Assembly: GCA_018824205.1 (NCBI GenBank)
Contig: JAHJGX010000162.1
Location: 1-53,312 of the forward strand
Reading direction: 5' to 3'
Source of the DNA: a bacterium
GTDB lineage: Bacteria; Fidelibacterota; UBA2242
Length of the DNA: 53,312 nt
Part shown: one piece after another, positions 38,181 through 48,430 of the stretch
How the letters are laid out: the number at the start of each line of letters is the position of its first letter
Position numbering within the stretch: position 1 is the first letter of the stretch
The notes under the pieces: model-generated
Seen by the model: only the letters and a program-made list of their open reading frames with translations
Databases searched by the model: none
Told to the model about the DNA's origin: nothing
Translations under genes and position numbers: made by a program

Positions 38181-38933
38181 ATGGATGAACTCTGGAAATT
38201 TCTACTGCTTTTTGCAGTTGGCTCTGTTGCTGGATTTGTGAATGTTAACGCCGGTGGCGGTTCGACGATAACCTTGCCGACGATGATTTTTCTGGGATTG
38301 GACGGTGCACTGGCTAACGGCACCAACCGGGTAGCGATTCTGATTCAAAACATTTTTGCGGTCTCGTCATTCCGAAAACAGAACGTCCATCAGTTCAGCG
38401 AAAGCCTGAAATTGTCCTACATCACTCTGCCCGGAGCAATTATCGGCGCACTGGTCTCAATCAGAATATCCGATGAATGGTTTCAGCGTCTGCTGGCAGT
38501 TATCATGATCGGTATTGTTATTACGATGTTTATTCCCCGCACAAAAAAAACATATCAGGACGAGATTTCTGAATCTGAACCCAAATGGCTGATTTATATT
38601 GTGTTGTTCTTTATCGGATTTTATGGTGGTTTTATCCAGGTTGGCGTCGGGTTTTTATTTATGGCAGCGCTGTATCATATTCTTAGAATCAGCCTTGTAT
38701 ATGTAAACATGCACAAAGTATTTATCATTCTGATTTACACCATTCCCTCGCTGGCGGTTTTTGCACTGTCAGGGAACGTGAACTGGGGTTTTGGACTTTG
38801 CCTGGCAGCGGGTAATGCAGTTGGAGCGTGGTTTGGAGTAAGAGCTTCGGTAAAAGGCGGCGAAAAACTTATTCGCTATATACTGGCGATTGCAATTGTA
38901 CTCATGGCTGTTAAGTTACTTATAGCGATTTAG
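38181..38933 (+). CDS. TauE/SafE sulfite exporter family protein
   Basis: AGGGSTITLP, ANGTNR, GFYGGFIQVGVG; multiple TM. Confidence 0.9.
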   Translation: MDELWKFLLLFAVGSVAGFVNVNAGGGSTITLPTMIFLGLDGALANGTNRVAILIQNIFAVSSFRKQNVHQFSESLKLSYITLPGAIIGALVSIRISDEWFQRLLAVIMIGIVITMFIPRTKKTYQDEISESEPKWLIYIVLFFIGFYGGFIQVGVGFLFMAALYHILRISLVYVNMHKVFIILIYTIPSLAVFALSGNVNWGFGLCLAAGNAVGAWFGVRASVKGGEKLIRYILAIAIVLMAVKLLIAI

Positions 38934-38937
38934 GATA

Positions 38938-39831
38938 ATGAACATAATTAAATCGGAAATATTCACCAATACTCAAAAAAATTCGTCTTTCCAGGATTTG
39001 ACGGCAAATATCGTTGCGGAATTTCAGCAGATTCAGGCAGTAGAAGCAATTGGGTTGGGAGGGTCTCTTGCAGCCGGTGCCAGGGATCATCTGTCTGATA
39101 TTGATCTTTATATCTTATCGGATCAAATCATTCCGCTTGAACGGCGGTACAATATTATTCAAAAATTCAATCCATCGAGATCGAACTTGAACCTTTCATT
39201 CTGGGATCCGGGTGATGAGTGGATTGATGGCATGTCCGGGATTGAAGTTGATATGATCTATTGGCGAAAATCCTGGATTGAAGATCAAATAAATAAAATC
39301 CTGACGCTTTACCGGGCAAACATTGGTTATTCCACTTCTTTCTGGTTTACTATGAAGAATATGAAAGTGCTGTTTGATCGAAATGGTTGGTTGAAAAACT
39401 TGCAGGATAAGTGTCACCGGCCTTATCCAGCGGAATTGAAAAAAGCGATTATCGCAAAAAACCATCCATTGTTGAGAGATGTTATTCCTTCTTATTACGC
39501 GCAGATAAAAAAAGCTATGGAACGGAACGACCAAATTAGCGTCAACCACAGAATCACTGCATTTCTCATGAGTTACTTTGATGTACTGTTCGCTTTGAAT
39601 GAATTACCAAATCCGGGTGAAAAAAGAGTATTAGATTATGCGTTGGAAAATTGTAACAAATTGCCGACTGGTTTTAAGGAAAATATTGAGTCTATTTTGC
39701 GTTTAAATTGCGTGGATGTTATTAATTTTTTTGATAGTATAGATAAATTAATTGATGGTATTGACCATTTGATAAACCTGGAAGGAATTGATCCTGCAAA
39801 AACATTGGCATTGAAAAAAAATCATGAGTAA
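38938..39831 (+). CDS. Nucleotidyltransferase domain protein (DUF4037-like)
   Basis: LGGS...SDIDLY Pol-beta NTase motif; SYFDVLFALN..PGEKR. Confidence 0.8.
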   Translation: MNIIKSEIFTNTQKNSSFQDLTANIVAEFQQIQAVEAIGLGGSLAAGARDHLSDIDLYILSDQIIPLERRYNIIQKFNPSRSNLNLSFWDPGDEWIDGMSGIEVDMIYWRKSWIEDQINKILTLYRANIGYSTSFWFTMKNMKVLFDRNGWLKNLQDKCHRPYPAELKKAIIAKNHPLLRDVIPSYYAQIKKAMERNDQISVNHRITAFLMSYFDVLFALNELPNPGEKRVLDYALENCNKLPTGFKENIESILRLNCVDVINFFDSIDKLIDGIDHLINLEGIDPAKTLALKKNHE

Positions 39832-39833
39832 TA

Positions 39834-40184
39834 ATGGCATTTAATGAAATTCTTGCGGGACGTGTCCGATCAAAATTAAATCTAGATACCGCTGTTGTCG
39901 AAAAGAAGATGTTTGGCGGCATTGGCTTTTTAATTCAGGGAAATATGGCTTGTAGTGTTAATCAGGACAATCTCATTGTCAGAAATGGTCCGGAAATGTA
40001 TCACTCGTCCCTGGTTCAGGAGTATGTTTCGGAATTTGAAATAAAAGGATGACCAATGAAAGGCTGGATAATGGTTGGGAAAAATGGGTATACCGGGGAT
40101 AAAGACCTGAAATTCCGGGTTGAATCAGGAATCCGGTTTACCGCATCGCTTCCGCCAAAAAAACCAGAAAATTTTAAATTATGA
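39834..40184 (+). pseudogene. TfoX/Sxy N-terminal domain protein with internal nonsense codon
   Basis: EKKMFGGIGF...IKG*PMKGWIMV...FTASLPPK; in-frame TGA at 40050-40052 where the family has Arg (GRPMKGW). Confidence 0.85.
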
Positions 40185-40981
40185 TGTACGATATAATAGA
40201 ATCGGTATTGATGTCTCTCGATGGAAAAAATGTGGAATTGTATCCATACATTCCGTATATACTGAAAGATTTGTGGGAAATTGGCTCCTCCGCGGACCAG
40301 ATGATCCGGCTGCTGGATCGACAGAGCAGGGATTTTTGCAATCCGCATCTGAAAGTTCTTGATCTGGGCTGCGGAAAGGGTGCGGTCGCGATACCGTTGG
40401 CTAAAAAGTTTGGCTTTATTGTCAGAGGGATTGATGCAGTTCCCGAATTTATCGAGTTTGCCCGGGAAAAAGCCATTGAATGGAATGTTGCTGACCACTG
40501 TCAATTTGAAGAAGGCGATATCCGGGAATATGTCGAAAAATGCGAACCCTATGATATTATCATTCTGGGGTCAATTGGCCCGGTTCTGGGAAATGTTCAA
40601 CAGACATTGAAAATACTTTTGAAGTGTCTGCGACCCAATGGAATTATCCTGCTGGATGATGCTTATATACCCGATGGCAGTGATTTTTATCATAACAATT
40701 GTCTCCCGGAAGCACAATTCATGACACAGATACGCCGAAGCGGCTTTAAAATTACAGATTCGATTGTATACGGCGCTTCCCTTATGCTGGATATAAATGA
40801 AGATGTCTATAAGAAAATCAGCAAACGGGCGAAAGAATTAATGAATATTTATCCCGGCTTACGATATATTTTTGAAGATTATTTAAAATCACAACGTATT
40901 GAAAATAATATTCTCGAGAATAATGTAACCTGTGCTTTAATGTTGATTGAATTAAGCCAAATCCACAATGAAAATCATTAG
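40181..40981 (+). CDS. Class I SAM-dependent methyltransferase
   Basis: VLDLGCGKG, GIDAVPEFI, LRPNGIILL. Confidence 0.9.
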   Translation: MMYDIIESVLMSLDGKNVELYPYIPYILKDLWEIGSSADQMIRLLDRQSRDFCNPHLKVLDLGCGKGAVAIPLAKKFGFIVRGIDAVPEFIEFAREKAIEWNVADHCQFEEGDIREYVEKCEPYDIIILGSIGPVLGNVQQTLKILLKCLRPNGIILLDDAYIPDGSDFYHNNCLPEAQFMTQIRRSGFKITDSIVYGASLMLDINEDVYKKISKRAKELMNIYPGLRYIFEDYLKSQRIENNILENNVTCALMLIELSQIHNENH

Positions 40982-40989
40982 TTTGAGAG

Positions 40990-42120
40990 GTGCTCATGAG
41001 TGTTCAAATTAAAGAAGTTCAAACCCGTCGTGACTTGAAGAAGTTTGTTAAATTTCCCCTGTCTATATATCATAACCACCCCTACTGGGTTCCGACTTTA
41101 ATCCAGGACGATCTCAATACTCTTTCGGCCGCTAAAAATCCGGCCTATGCGTTCTGCGAGGTAAAAAACTGGCTCGCTTACAAAGACGGAAAAATTGCCG
41201 GACGGATTACCGCAATTTTAAACAATAAACATGAAGAAAAGTGGGGCAAACGGCAGGTCCGGTTTGGCTGGATTGATTTCATTGAAGACGAAGAAGTATC
41301 TTCAGCATTAATGGAGACTGTGGAAAACTGGGCGAAGCAAAAAGGGGCTGAGTCGGTGCATGGGCCGTTGGGTTTTTCCGATTTTGATCATGAAGGCATG
41401 CTCATTGAAGGCTTTGAGGAAATGGGCACCATGGCAAGTATTTACAATTACGCCTATTATCCTCAACACCTGGAAAAGTTGGGATATACAAAGGATGCAG
41501 ACTGGGTGGAGTACCAGATTTCGATCCCTGGAAAGTTTCCGGAACAGATTGAACACTATTCAAAAATGGTTCAGGAAAAATATGGGTTTAAAGTCCTGCA
41601 AGCGAAGTCGACAAAAAGGGATATTCTTCCCTATGCGCATCAGTTGTTTGATGTTTTGCAGGTAGCTTATAAGGATTTATACGGCGTCGTACATCTGACG
41701 AAAGAGCAGATCGATGCGTATATTAAGCAATATCTTGGATATATTACACCGGACTATATCGGAATTGTCCTGAATAACGAGAACAAAGTGATTGGGTTCG
41801 GAATTACCATGCCATCATTGTCCAGAGCGCTTCAAAAAACGAAAGGTCGTTTGTTTCCGTTTGGGATATTTCACCTGTTGCGGGCTATGAAGCAGAATGA
41901 TGTCGTCGATTTGTACCTGATTGGTGTGCTTCCCGATTACCAGGGGAAAGGCGTTGCCGGTATTTTATTGAACAAAATGGGGCAGGGCTTTGTGAAAAAC
42001 GGTATCAAATACGCTGAGTCGAATCCGGAGCTGGAGCTGAATAACAAGGTTCAGCAGCAGTGGAAGCATTTTGAAAAACGGCTGCATCGCCGTCGACGCT
42101 GTTATATCAAGGAATTATAG
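40990..42120 (+). CDS. GNAT family protein (YghO-like)
   Basis: FVKFP..IY..HPYWVP, GRITAI, GPLGFS, YNYAYY, GVLPDYQGKG. Confidence 0.8.
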   Translation: MLMSVQIKEVQTRRDLKKFVKFPLSIYHNHPYWVPTLIQDDLNTLSAAKNPAYAFCEVKNWLAYKDGKIAGRITAILNNKHEEKWGKRQVRFGWIDFIEDEEVSSALMETVENWAKQKGAESVHGPLGFSDFDHEGMLIEGFEEMGTMASIYNYAYYPQHLEKLGYTKDADWVEYQISIPGKFPEQIEHYSKMVQEKYGFKVLQAKSTKRDILPYAHQLFDVLQVAYKDLYGVVHLTKEQIDAYIKQYLGYITPDYIGIVLNNENKVIGFGITMPSLSRALQKTKGRLFPFGIFHLLRAMKQNDVVDLYLIGVLPDYQGKGVAGILLNKMGQGFVKNGIKYAESNPELELNNKVQQQWKHFEKRLHRRRRCYIKEL

Positions 42121-42167
42121 TTAATGCATGCCCTTGCGAAAGTTAGAGACTTGCGCAGATCAATAAT

Positions 42168-43472
42168 TTACTCTTCTAATTCTGTAAACTCACCCAATGT
42201 TTTTGTAAAAATATAGATCACTGCGATCCCAATGATCAGATGTACAGTCAGCGCATACCAGATATGTTCCGGATGTCCGTTATTGGTGAAATATCCATAA
42301 AGTGACGTATAGCTTATACCACTCAGAGCGCCGCCAAGTCCGGTTGCCAGGAAGTTGGTACCCATATATAAACCGGCTTTTTCCTTGGGTGCAATCCAGG
42401 TAATATATTCCTGAATCCGCGGCGATGACACCATCTCGCCAATGGCAAATAGAAAAATCCCCAGAAAGACCAGTGCCGGAGCGCTGATTTTAGCCAGGCC
42501 TAAGACAATGAATCCGATTGCTGACATGAATAATCCGAACAGAAACGTTGGCATTGCCTTGAATTTCTCCGCCCAGCGCGAAACAAAGATCTGGCAGATC
42601 ATGATGATGTAGCCGGTATGGGAAATTGTCTCGCCCAGAATGCGCCAGACACCTTTATCGTCAGTATGGGAAAAGATGCCGGTGAATCCGGCGCCAAATA
42701 TGCTTTTGATATTCAAATAGAGCAGGGCAGTATCAATATTACGATCGATATAGATCGGAACCAGGTTGAAAAAGGCCCAGAAGGGCAGCCAGAAAAAGAT
42801 GCCCAGAATTATAATAAAACTCGTGAATTTCAGATCGGAGAAAACAACGCCAATGTCGACAAATTTCTGCTTCAGGGTTGTGCCTTCGATTTCCCGTTCC
42901 GGTTCCTTATAAAAGAGAATTGTGATGATCAGCATAAGTCCGATCCCAATAGCCGCTGCTATAAAAGCATAGTTCCAGGAAATTACCCGCAGTTTGCCGG
43001 CAACGATGGGACCGAAGGACGCACCGACATTGACCATTGCATAGAAAATCCCAAACCCCAGGGTTTTATTGGTTTTATCGGTCGTTACCCGTACCGTACC
43101 GGAAATGAGCGGTTTGAAAATTCCGGCTGCTAAAGCTATACTAAGCATCGTCAAAGCAATCCCGGAGAATGATTTGGTCAGTATCAGGAGCAGAATCGAT
43201 GGCAGATAAGCCAGGTAGGAAATGATCAGGATTTTCTTGAAACCGAAGCGGTCGGCAAAGGTGCCGGAGATCAGCGGAACCGTATATGAAAAGAGTAAAA
43301 AGAGGCTTTGAACGATGCCCAGTTGGGCCTTTGTGTAGCCCAGGTATTCCATATAAATCCCGAACCCCATATAGATACCGTAATAGGCAAAGCGCTCCAG
43401 AACTTCAATGGAATTTGCGACCCAGAAAACCGGCGGGAATGAAGAGCGTTTTTCCATATATATTCCTTTCAA
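42168..43472 (-). CDS. MFS/POT-type peptide transporter
   Basis: EVLERFAYYG (ExxER), ADRFG, GIFKP, FYAMVNVG, GEMVSSP. Confidence 0.88.
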   Translation of the reverse strand: MKGIYMEKRSSFPPVFWVANSIEVLERFAYYGIYMGFGIYMEYLGYTKAQLGIVQSLFLLFSYTVPLISGTFADRFGFKKILIISYLAYLPSILLLILTKSFSGIALTMLSIALAAGIFKPLISGTVRVTTDKTNKTLGFGIFYAMVNVGASFGPIVAGKLRVISWNYAFIAAAIGIGLMLIITILFYKEPEREIEGTTLKQKFVDIGVVFSDLKFTSFIIILGIFFWLPFWAFFNLVPIYIDRNIDTALLYLNIKSIFGAGFTGIFSHTDDKGVWRILGETISHTGYIIMICQIFVSRWAEKFKAMPTFLFGLFMSAIGFIVLGLAKISAPALVFLGIFLFAIGEMVSSPRIQEYITWIAPKEKAGLYMGTNFLATGLGGALSGISYTSLYGYFTNNGHPEHIWYALTVHLIIGIAVIYIFTKTLGEFTELEE

Positions 43473-43530
43473 TTATTTCCTAATTGTACTTATCCAAGTG
43501 TAGGGAAGTAGATTTAAAATGGCAAGGGTT

Positions 43531-43688
43531 AGATTAACGCTGATATTTTGGGGTTTATCAGGAATTGCCAGGTGAATATCGTACCCTGTACGTCTAAAAC
43601 GCAGACCAGCTGACGGTGAAAACCTGAAATAAATCTTATCCTATTACCGTTTCAGTAAAAACAGAAGCACTGAGTTTGAAATTTTATT
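43531..43688 (+). repeat. ~155-bp imperfect direct repeat, copy A
   Basis: AGATTAACGCTGATATT...AATTGCCAGGTGAATATCGTACCCTGTACGTCTAAAACGCAGACCAGCTGAC...ACAGAAGCACT; matches 48816-48976. Confidence 0.92.
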
Positions 43689-43819
43689 CTTTAACGTTTT
43701 GGTATATGAAAAGTTGGGCATTTCGGAGCGATTATCTGTCAAACAGCACAAAGTTAAATGCGAGCTACGCACTTGAATATTAGTATTATCTGCCCAATTT
43801 TTTATATACCGTGCTATGC
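43689..43819 (-). mobile_element. Integron attC-like site downstream of the R-M cassette
   Basis: Minus strand GCATAGC (degenerate R'')...GTTAAAG (R'); 20-bp stem 43701-43720 / 43791-43810 with 2 mismatches. Confidence 0.7.
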
Positions 43820-43837
43820 CTTCGTGCTTTTTTATCA

Positions 43838-45604
43838 TCATCCAAATATTGTCAACTGTTTTTCTTTTACAGGTGTCATTTCACTAATAAAATTGTCCCA
43901 CTGTGAAAGGTTTATACTTAAATCATATTTGTTATTTAAGAAAATTATTTGTTTGTCAATTTCTTGTTGTGGAATTATCGAAGCAAGTTTTAGTAAATCT
44001 AAACGCATTAATAGGTCTTTCGTAAAAACTCTCTTGGCATCAGAAAATGTAATTGATTTTAAAAATTCTTCAGTTGTTTTAGAGTTTAATAGGATAATAG
44101 CATAAACAGCGTATTCTATTCGGTCAAAACCAATAAAATAACAAGTATCATCTAACATTACAGGTTTATCGTTTTGCGGTAAAACCAAAGTAAAATGGTA
44201 TGTTTTATACAAGCCTGAAATTGCAACTTTGTATGGTTTAAATGAATAATCACCGATACCAAATATTGAAAATTGTGGTTTCCCTTTGTAAATACTTGAT
44301 TTCCTTGACTGAAAACTTGAGATATTCTTTTTCAAATAAGTATATGTTTCGGGATATAAATGCTGAATGTAGGATGTTTCTTGCCCAACTTTTGTTTGTG
44401 TAACAATAGTATGTTTTCGTGTTTTTTTTATTACTGTGTTTTTTAAATCGGAACTTTTTAAGAAACCATATACTAAATCTTCTTCAAATGTAATTTCTTC
44501 TGAAAGATTATTTACAAAATGACCGCTTACTCTTTCTAATTCCATGATAGAGGAACAATCGTGCTTTATTCCTTGTCTCCACTCAAAAGGACAAACACCA
44601 TCAATTTCTCTCGTTTCTATATAATCGGTAATATTTGAAACAAATTTTGAATTTAACCAGCCAAAATTCAGTTTATTTTCAACACTATAAAAATCAAACT
44701 CTTTGCATTTCAAACTTGGCGTTGAATTTAATTGGCAATATAGCAATGATGCTTCTACCGAAACATTAAATTCCTTTTTACTATCAATGCAATATTTTTC
44801 AATTTCACCAATGCGATACTGTTTTTCTTTTTGGTCAAAAACAATATTTTTTATAACAGAGTTTTTTACTAAAAGCGATAAGTATCCTTTATGGGTTTGA
44901 AAAGCATCTAAGAGCATTAAAGTAATATATTCGGCAATATCAAAATTACCTTTACCTGTCATTGCGTCCAAACCGTTTTGATTCTTGAAATTTGATTTTT
45001 TGGGAAGATTGGACGAATTAAGACTGCCTAATTTTGAGTTTGTTACCCAAGGAGGGTTGCCAATTACTAATAATTTTTCGGTTGGAAACTGTTTAGAAAT
45101 ATTTTTAAAATCAAAATCGAAAATGCTACAATGCGTGATTGTAATCTCAGGTTTGTGGCTATCAGGATTAGAAAGAAAAAAATCGAGAATACTAAATTTA
45201 GTTTCCCAAACATAAGGCTTGTAAATTTCGATTCCAAATACCTTCTTAATTGCTTTAAAATTTGATAATGAAGCAATAATAAAATTACCTTTTCCGCAAG
45301 TCGGCTCAATAACAATTTCTGGCGAAACATTTCTTATTGACAAATGCTTAGCAACTTTATTTGCCAAATCTTTATTTGTCTGAAAATCTCCATATTCTGC
45401 GCGGTCAGGCTCTTCTACTAAATTAACATTTGATAATGAAAGAGATTTGATAAGAGATTGAAAATCATCATCGTCAAAAAAATGATTTATGCCGAAGGCA
45501 TCAAACATTTTTTGATTTGCAATTTCAAAAGATGTTATGTTTTTTAGAAATTCGTTTAAGAATACTAAAACTTGATAAGAAATATTTGCTTCAAATATTT
45601 TCAT
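43838..45604 (-). CDS. Amino (N6-A/N4-C) DNA methyltransferase, gamma-type
   Basis: YGDFQT, EPTCGKGNF (motif I), VIGNPPW (motif IV). Confidence 0.9.
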   Translation of the reverse strand: MKIFEANISYQVLVFLNEFLKNITSFEIANQKMFDAFGINHFFDDDDFQSLIKSLSLSNVNLVEEPDRAEYGDFQTNKDLANKVAKHLSIRNVSPEIVIEPTCGKGNFIIASLSNFKAIKKVFGIEIYKPYVWETKFSILDFFLSNPDSHKPEITITHCSIFDFDFKNISKQFPTEKLLVIGNPPWVTNSKLGSLNSSNLPKKSNFKNQNGLDAMTGKGNFDIAEYITLMLLDAFQTHKGYLSLLVKNSVIKNIVFDQKEKQYRIGEIEKYCIDSKKEFNVSVEASLLYCQLNSTPSLKCKEFDFYSVENKLNFGWLNSKFVSNITDYIETREIDGVCPFEWRQGIKHDCSSIMELERVSGHFVNNLSEEITFEEDLVYGFLKSSDLKNTVIKKTRKHTIVTQTKVGQETSYIQHLYPETYTYLKKNISSFQSRKSSIYKGKPQFSIFGIGDYSFKPYKVAISGLYKTYHFTLVLPQNDKPVMLDDTCYFIGFDRIEYAVYAIILLNSKTTEEFLKSITFSDAKRVFTKDLLMRLDLLKLASIIPQQEIDKQIIFLNNKYDLSINLSQWDNFISEMTPVKEKQLTIFG

Positions 45605-46278
45605 TTCTTCGTCACCTTATCAATAACTTTACTAATTCCTTGAACTGGTTTATCAAGGGTAACAATACGTTGGTATTGTAATCGCCATTGTAATGCGTTT
45701 GAAATAGTCAAATAGCCTTGAACTGGTGGAGTTTTTAGAATTTGTTTTGCCAATTGAGTTAAAGTGATTTCATCGGCTGGAATATTTTTATCATTCAGAT
45801 AAGCGACAATATCTTCAACATTTGCTTTGTCCTTAACCATTTCACGCAAACGGTATGTAGTTGTATAATCGCCAGTTCGCTCATTTGAAATAAAAGAACA
45901 ACTAACAAAATTAAGTGTTGCTGTTTTGGTTTTTGGGTCATCAATTTTATCATAAACAAAAACGAGTAAATTATATCCAAGTCCAAAAATTTTCTGTTTA
46001 GCGTCTTTGAACGGACAAGATGATTGAGGCTGCTTAATTGATGTAACTTTTATATCTGTCAAAATATCTTCGGAAGGCAGGTCTATGCCATTAGCAGAAG
46101 AACCAATTATTGTTTTGTATTTTGAGTTTAATTGTTCTTGAAACTTATGTTCGATATGTGTCCCTACGGCTTTTCCGTCTGTAACTCCAAAAAGCGACTT
46201 ATTTTTAATTTTTGATTCTGCGATGCAAAAGGCTTTGGCTTCTGCTTTTAGTTTATCTATTGTCAGTTTTTCTTTCAT
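45601..46278 (-). CDS. PD-(D/E)xK restriction endonuclease
   Basis: GKAVGTHIE...GIDLP...DIKVTS; 4-bp overlap with the methyltransferase. Confidence 0.82.
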   Translation of the reverse strand: MKEKLTIDKLKAEAKAFCIAESKIKNKSLFGVTDGKAVGTHIEHKFQEQLNSKYKTIIGSSANGIDLPSEDILTDIKVTSIKQPQSSCPFKDAKQKIFGLGYNLLVFVYDKIDDPKTKTATLNFVSCSFISNERTGDYTTTYRLREMVKDKANVEDIVAYLNDKNIPADEITLTQLAKQILKTPPVQGYLTISNALQWRLQYQRIVTLDKPVQGISKVIDKVTKK

Positions 46279-46357
46279 CCTAATTCCTTGTATTTTAGTT
46301 TACAAATTTAATCATTTTTCCTGGTATTTGGAACGCTGTCGGTTTTCTTAGCATGAG

Positions 46358-46439
46358 GCATAACGGTTTCGGGCTATACGAAGTTCCGCCTTTGGCGGAA
46401 TTTGGGCGAGTGAAACGAGCCGTATAGCCCGTGTTATAT
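46358..46439 (-). mobile_element. Integron attC-like site between the two cassettes
   Basis: Minus strand ATATAAC...GTTATGC; perfect 11-bp stem CGGGCTATACG/CGTATAGCCCG; inner TTCCGCC/GGCGGAA hairpin. Confidence 0.8.
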
Positions 46440-46473
46440 GACCCGAATGAAGCGTTCCGCCCCGAAGCCGCTA

Positions 46474-47370
46474 TTAAATGATCCCGTTTTTGATTCCATA
46501 TTTCTCACACAACCTTTTTAATTTTTCTTCAAGTTCTTTTTGATATTCTTTTGACGGTGCAAAAAATATTCTATACAAACTTTTGTATTTTGGCACAAGT
46601 TCAGGATAATATTTCTCCAAGAATCTATAGTAGAATGTCTTACAATCCGCAGGACCTTTACCAAACAAAGTTAATCCACCGATAAAAATAAAGTCTGCTC
46701 CATAATTTTTTATGGTTTTTATCGTCCTATCAAGTTCTTCTTCTGCGTCTGATAAAAAAGGCAATACTGGAATGTGGCATACTCCAGCAAAAAATCCCTC
46801 CTCTTTACATTTTTGCATTGTTTCTAATCTTTCTTTCGCCGTAGGCGCTCCTGGCTCAAGAATCTTTGCTAGCTTTTCATCAAAAGTTGAGATTGAAAAA
46901 GAAATAATTACTCCTCGCTTTAGTTTGGGTTTCAGATCGCTTGGCAAAATTGCATTTTTATCAATCTCTTTCAATAAATCCAAATCTCTTAAAACAAGAC
47001 TTGATTTTGTTGCTATCTCAACAGGAAATCTATATTTTAAAATTATCTCAAGTAATCTTCTTGTTAGTTTCAATTTTTCTTCAATTGGCATGTAAGGTTC
47101 TGTTGAGGAAGACAAAGCAATAATTCCATATTCTCCTTTCTTTGCCCTTCCGAAAAGTTGTTTCTCTAATAGTTCTGGGGCATTTATTTTTACTGATAAT
47201 GTATTTGCCCTGTTTTCCCCATATTTACTTCCTCTGACATAGCAATAAATACAATTGAATGAGCAACCCGAATAAGGGTTTACTGAGTAATCGTCCAAAA
47301 ACCAATTGTCTCTCTTTTTGTGCTTGTTCAAGATTGATTTTACTTGGATTTCATTGAGCATTTTATTCAC
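46474..47370 (-). CDS. Radical SAM protein, SplB/Rv2578c-like DNA-repair family
   Basis: NPYSGCSFNCIYCY, TEPYMPIE, TKS..VLRDLDLL, EPGAP..ERL. Confidence 0.85.
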   Translation of the reverse strand: MNKMLNEIQVKSILNKHKKRDNWFLDDYSVNPYSGCSFNCIYCYVRGSKYGENRANTLSVKINAPELLEKQLFGRAKKGEYGIIALSSSTEPYMPIEEKLKLTRRLLEIILKYRFPVEIATKSSLVLRDLDLLKEIDKNAILPSDLKPKLKRGVIISFSISTFDEKLAKILEPGAPTAKERLETMQKCKEEGFFAGVCHIPVLPFLSDAEEELDRTIKTIKNYGADFIFIGGLTLFGKGPADCKTFYYRFLEKYYPELVPKYKSLYRIFFAPSKEYQKELEEKLKRLCEKYGIKNGII

Positions 47371-47848
47371 TTAATAAAGATTTTAATTCTTCCTGTTGTC
47401 CCAAAGATAGTTTCTTCATACCATCTTTAATAATCCATTGTATATTTTTGTTCTTTGACTTTGTCCATTTTTTGCATAAATCCAAGACGAATTCCGCATT
47501 TCTCTTGCTTATTGCCCTAAAAAGAGCAGCAATAGATTCCTTAACATAGATGCTATCATCAGCCTTTAATTTATCAATTACAGGTAAAATCTTTTCTGGA
47601 TTTCTTCGTGCAACACCTCTCAAGCCCTCGCTGGCAACCCTCCTGATATTAGGATCAACGTCCCCGGCCCAGATTATCATTTCCTGAATAACCTCATCCT
47701 CTCTCTTTTTACTAATTTCCACCAAAGCAGTAGCTGCATCTTCACGCTTTTTCCAATCCTCATCCATAGCCAGTTTCCTGATTTCAGGGAGAGCATCACT
47801 TAAGGAATGAATGCCTTTTTCAATTATTCCTCTCACATCATCTATCAT
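47363..47848 (-). CDS. HEAT-repeat protein, DNA alkylation repair (AlkC/AlkD-like)
   Basis: IRRVASEGLR, LKADDSIYVKESIA..RAISK, WIIKDGMKKL. Confidence 0.7.
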   Translation of the reverse strand: MIDDVRGIIEKGIHSLSDALPEIRKLAMDEDWKKREDAATALVEISKKREDEVIQEMIIWAGDVDPNIRRVASEGLRGVARRNPEKILPVIDKLKADDSIYVKESIAALFRAISKRNAEFVLDLCKKWTKSKNKNIQWIIKDGMKKLSLGQQEELKSLLSE

Positions 47849-48360
47849 TGTTCAACTTCCTCCAGATATTTTAAGTAAATGTTCTTTACACCTTTGTTAG
47901 ACTCTATTTTCATTATTTCATTAAACTTAGTAGTAAGTTCTTTCTTAAGTTCAGGATTATTTCTTGCGATTTCAGTTAAAGCAAAGGCCGCACTCCATTT
48001 CACAACTGTGCCTTTATCATTGGTGTTTACTAAAAGCTTAGGGACAGCTTCTTCAACTTTATCTAGAAATCTTTGGGCAACATTACCGATTATCCTTGCA
48101 GTTTCCCATTTTACTCTCGGAGCTTTGTCATTGATATGTTCAATAACAAAGTCAAGGCAGTTTTTTGCAAATTCCGGATCTTCCTTGGTGACATATTCTA
48201 TTGCTTCCATACAATTTCCTTTTTCAGTATCAGATCCCCTATCAAAGCATTTGATAAGTTCTGCTACTGATTTTTTATCACTCTTTAACTTTTCAGCCAA
48301 AAGAGTAATAATTTCTTTTGGTTTCTTTTTTGAATGGAGTATTTCTTCTATTGTTGTCAT
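47845..48360 (-). CDS. HEAT-repeat protein
   Basis: DKAPRVKWETARIIGN and DKGTVVKWSAAFALTEI repeats. Confidence 0.8.
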   Translation of the reverse strand: MTTIEEILHSKKKPKEIITLLAEKLKSDKKSVAELIKCFDRGSDTEKGNCMEAIEYVTKEDPEFAKNCLDFVIEHINDKAPRVKWETARIIGNVAQRFLDKVEEAVPKLLVNTNDKGTVVKWSAAFALTEIARNNPELKKELTTKFNEIMKIESNKGVKNIYLKYLEEVEQ

Positions 48361-48430
48361 TTTTTACCTCAGTATTCCATACTTATTTTAACAACTTTTT
48401 ATATATTTCCCTGTGGTGAAGGGGCGGAAT

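Noticed and set aside
40050-40052. Selenocysteine or recoded TGA
   Set aside because: The family residue is Arg, not Cys/Trp/Gly, and TGA serves as a normal stop in many genes here.
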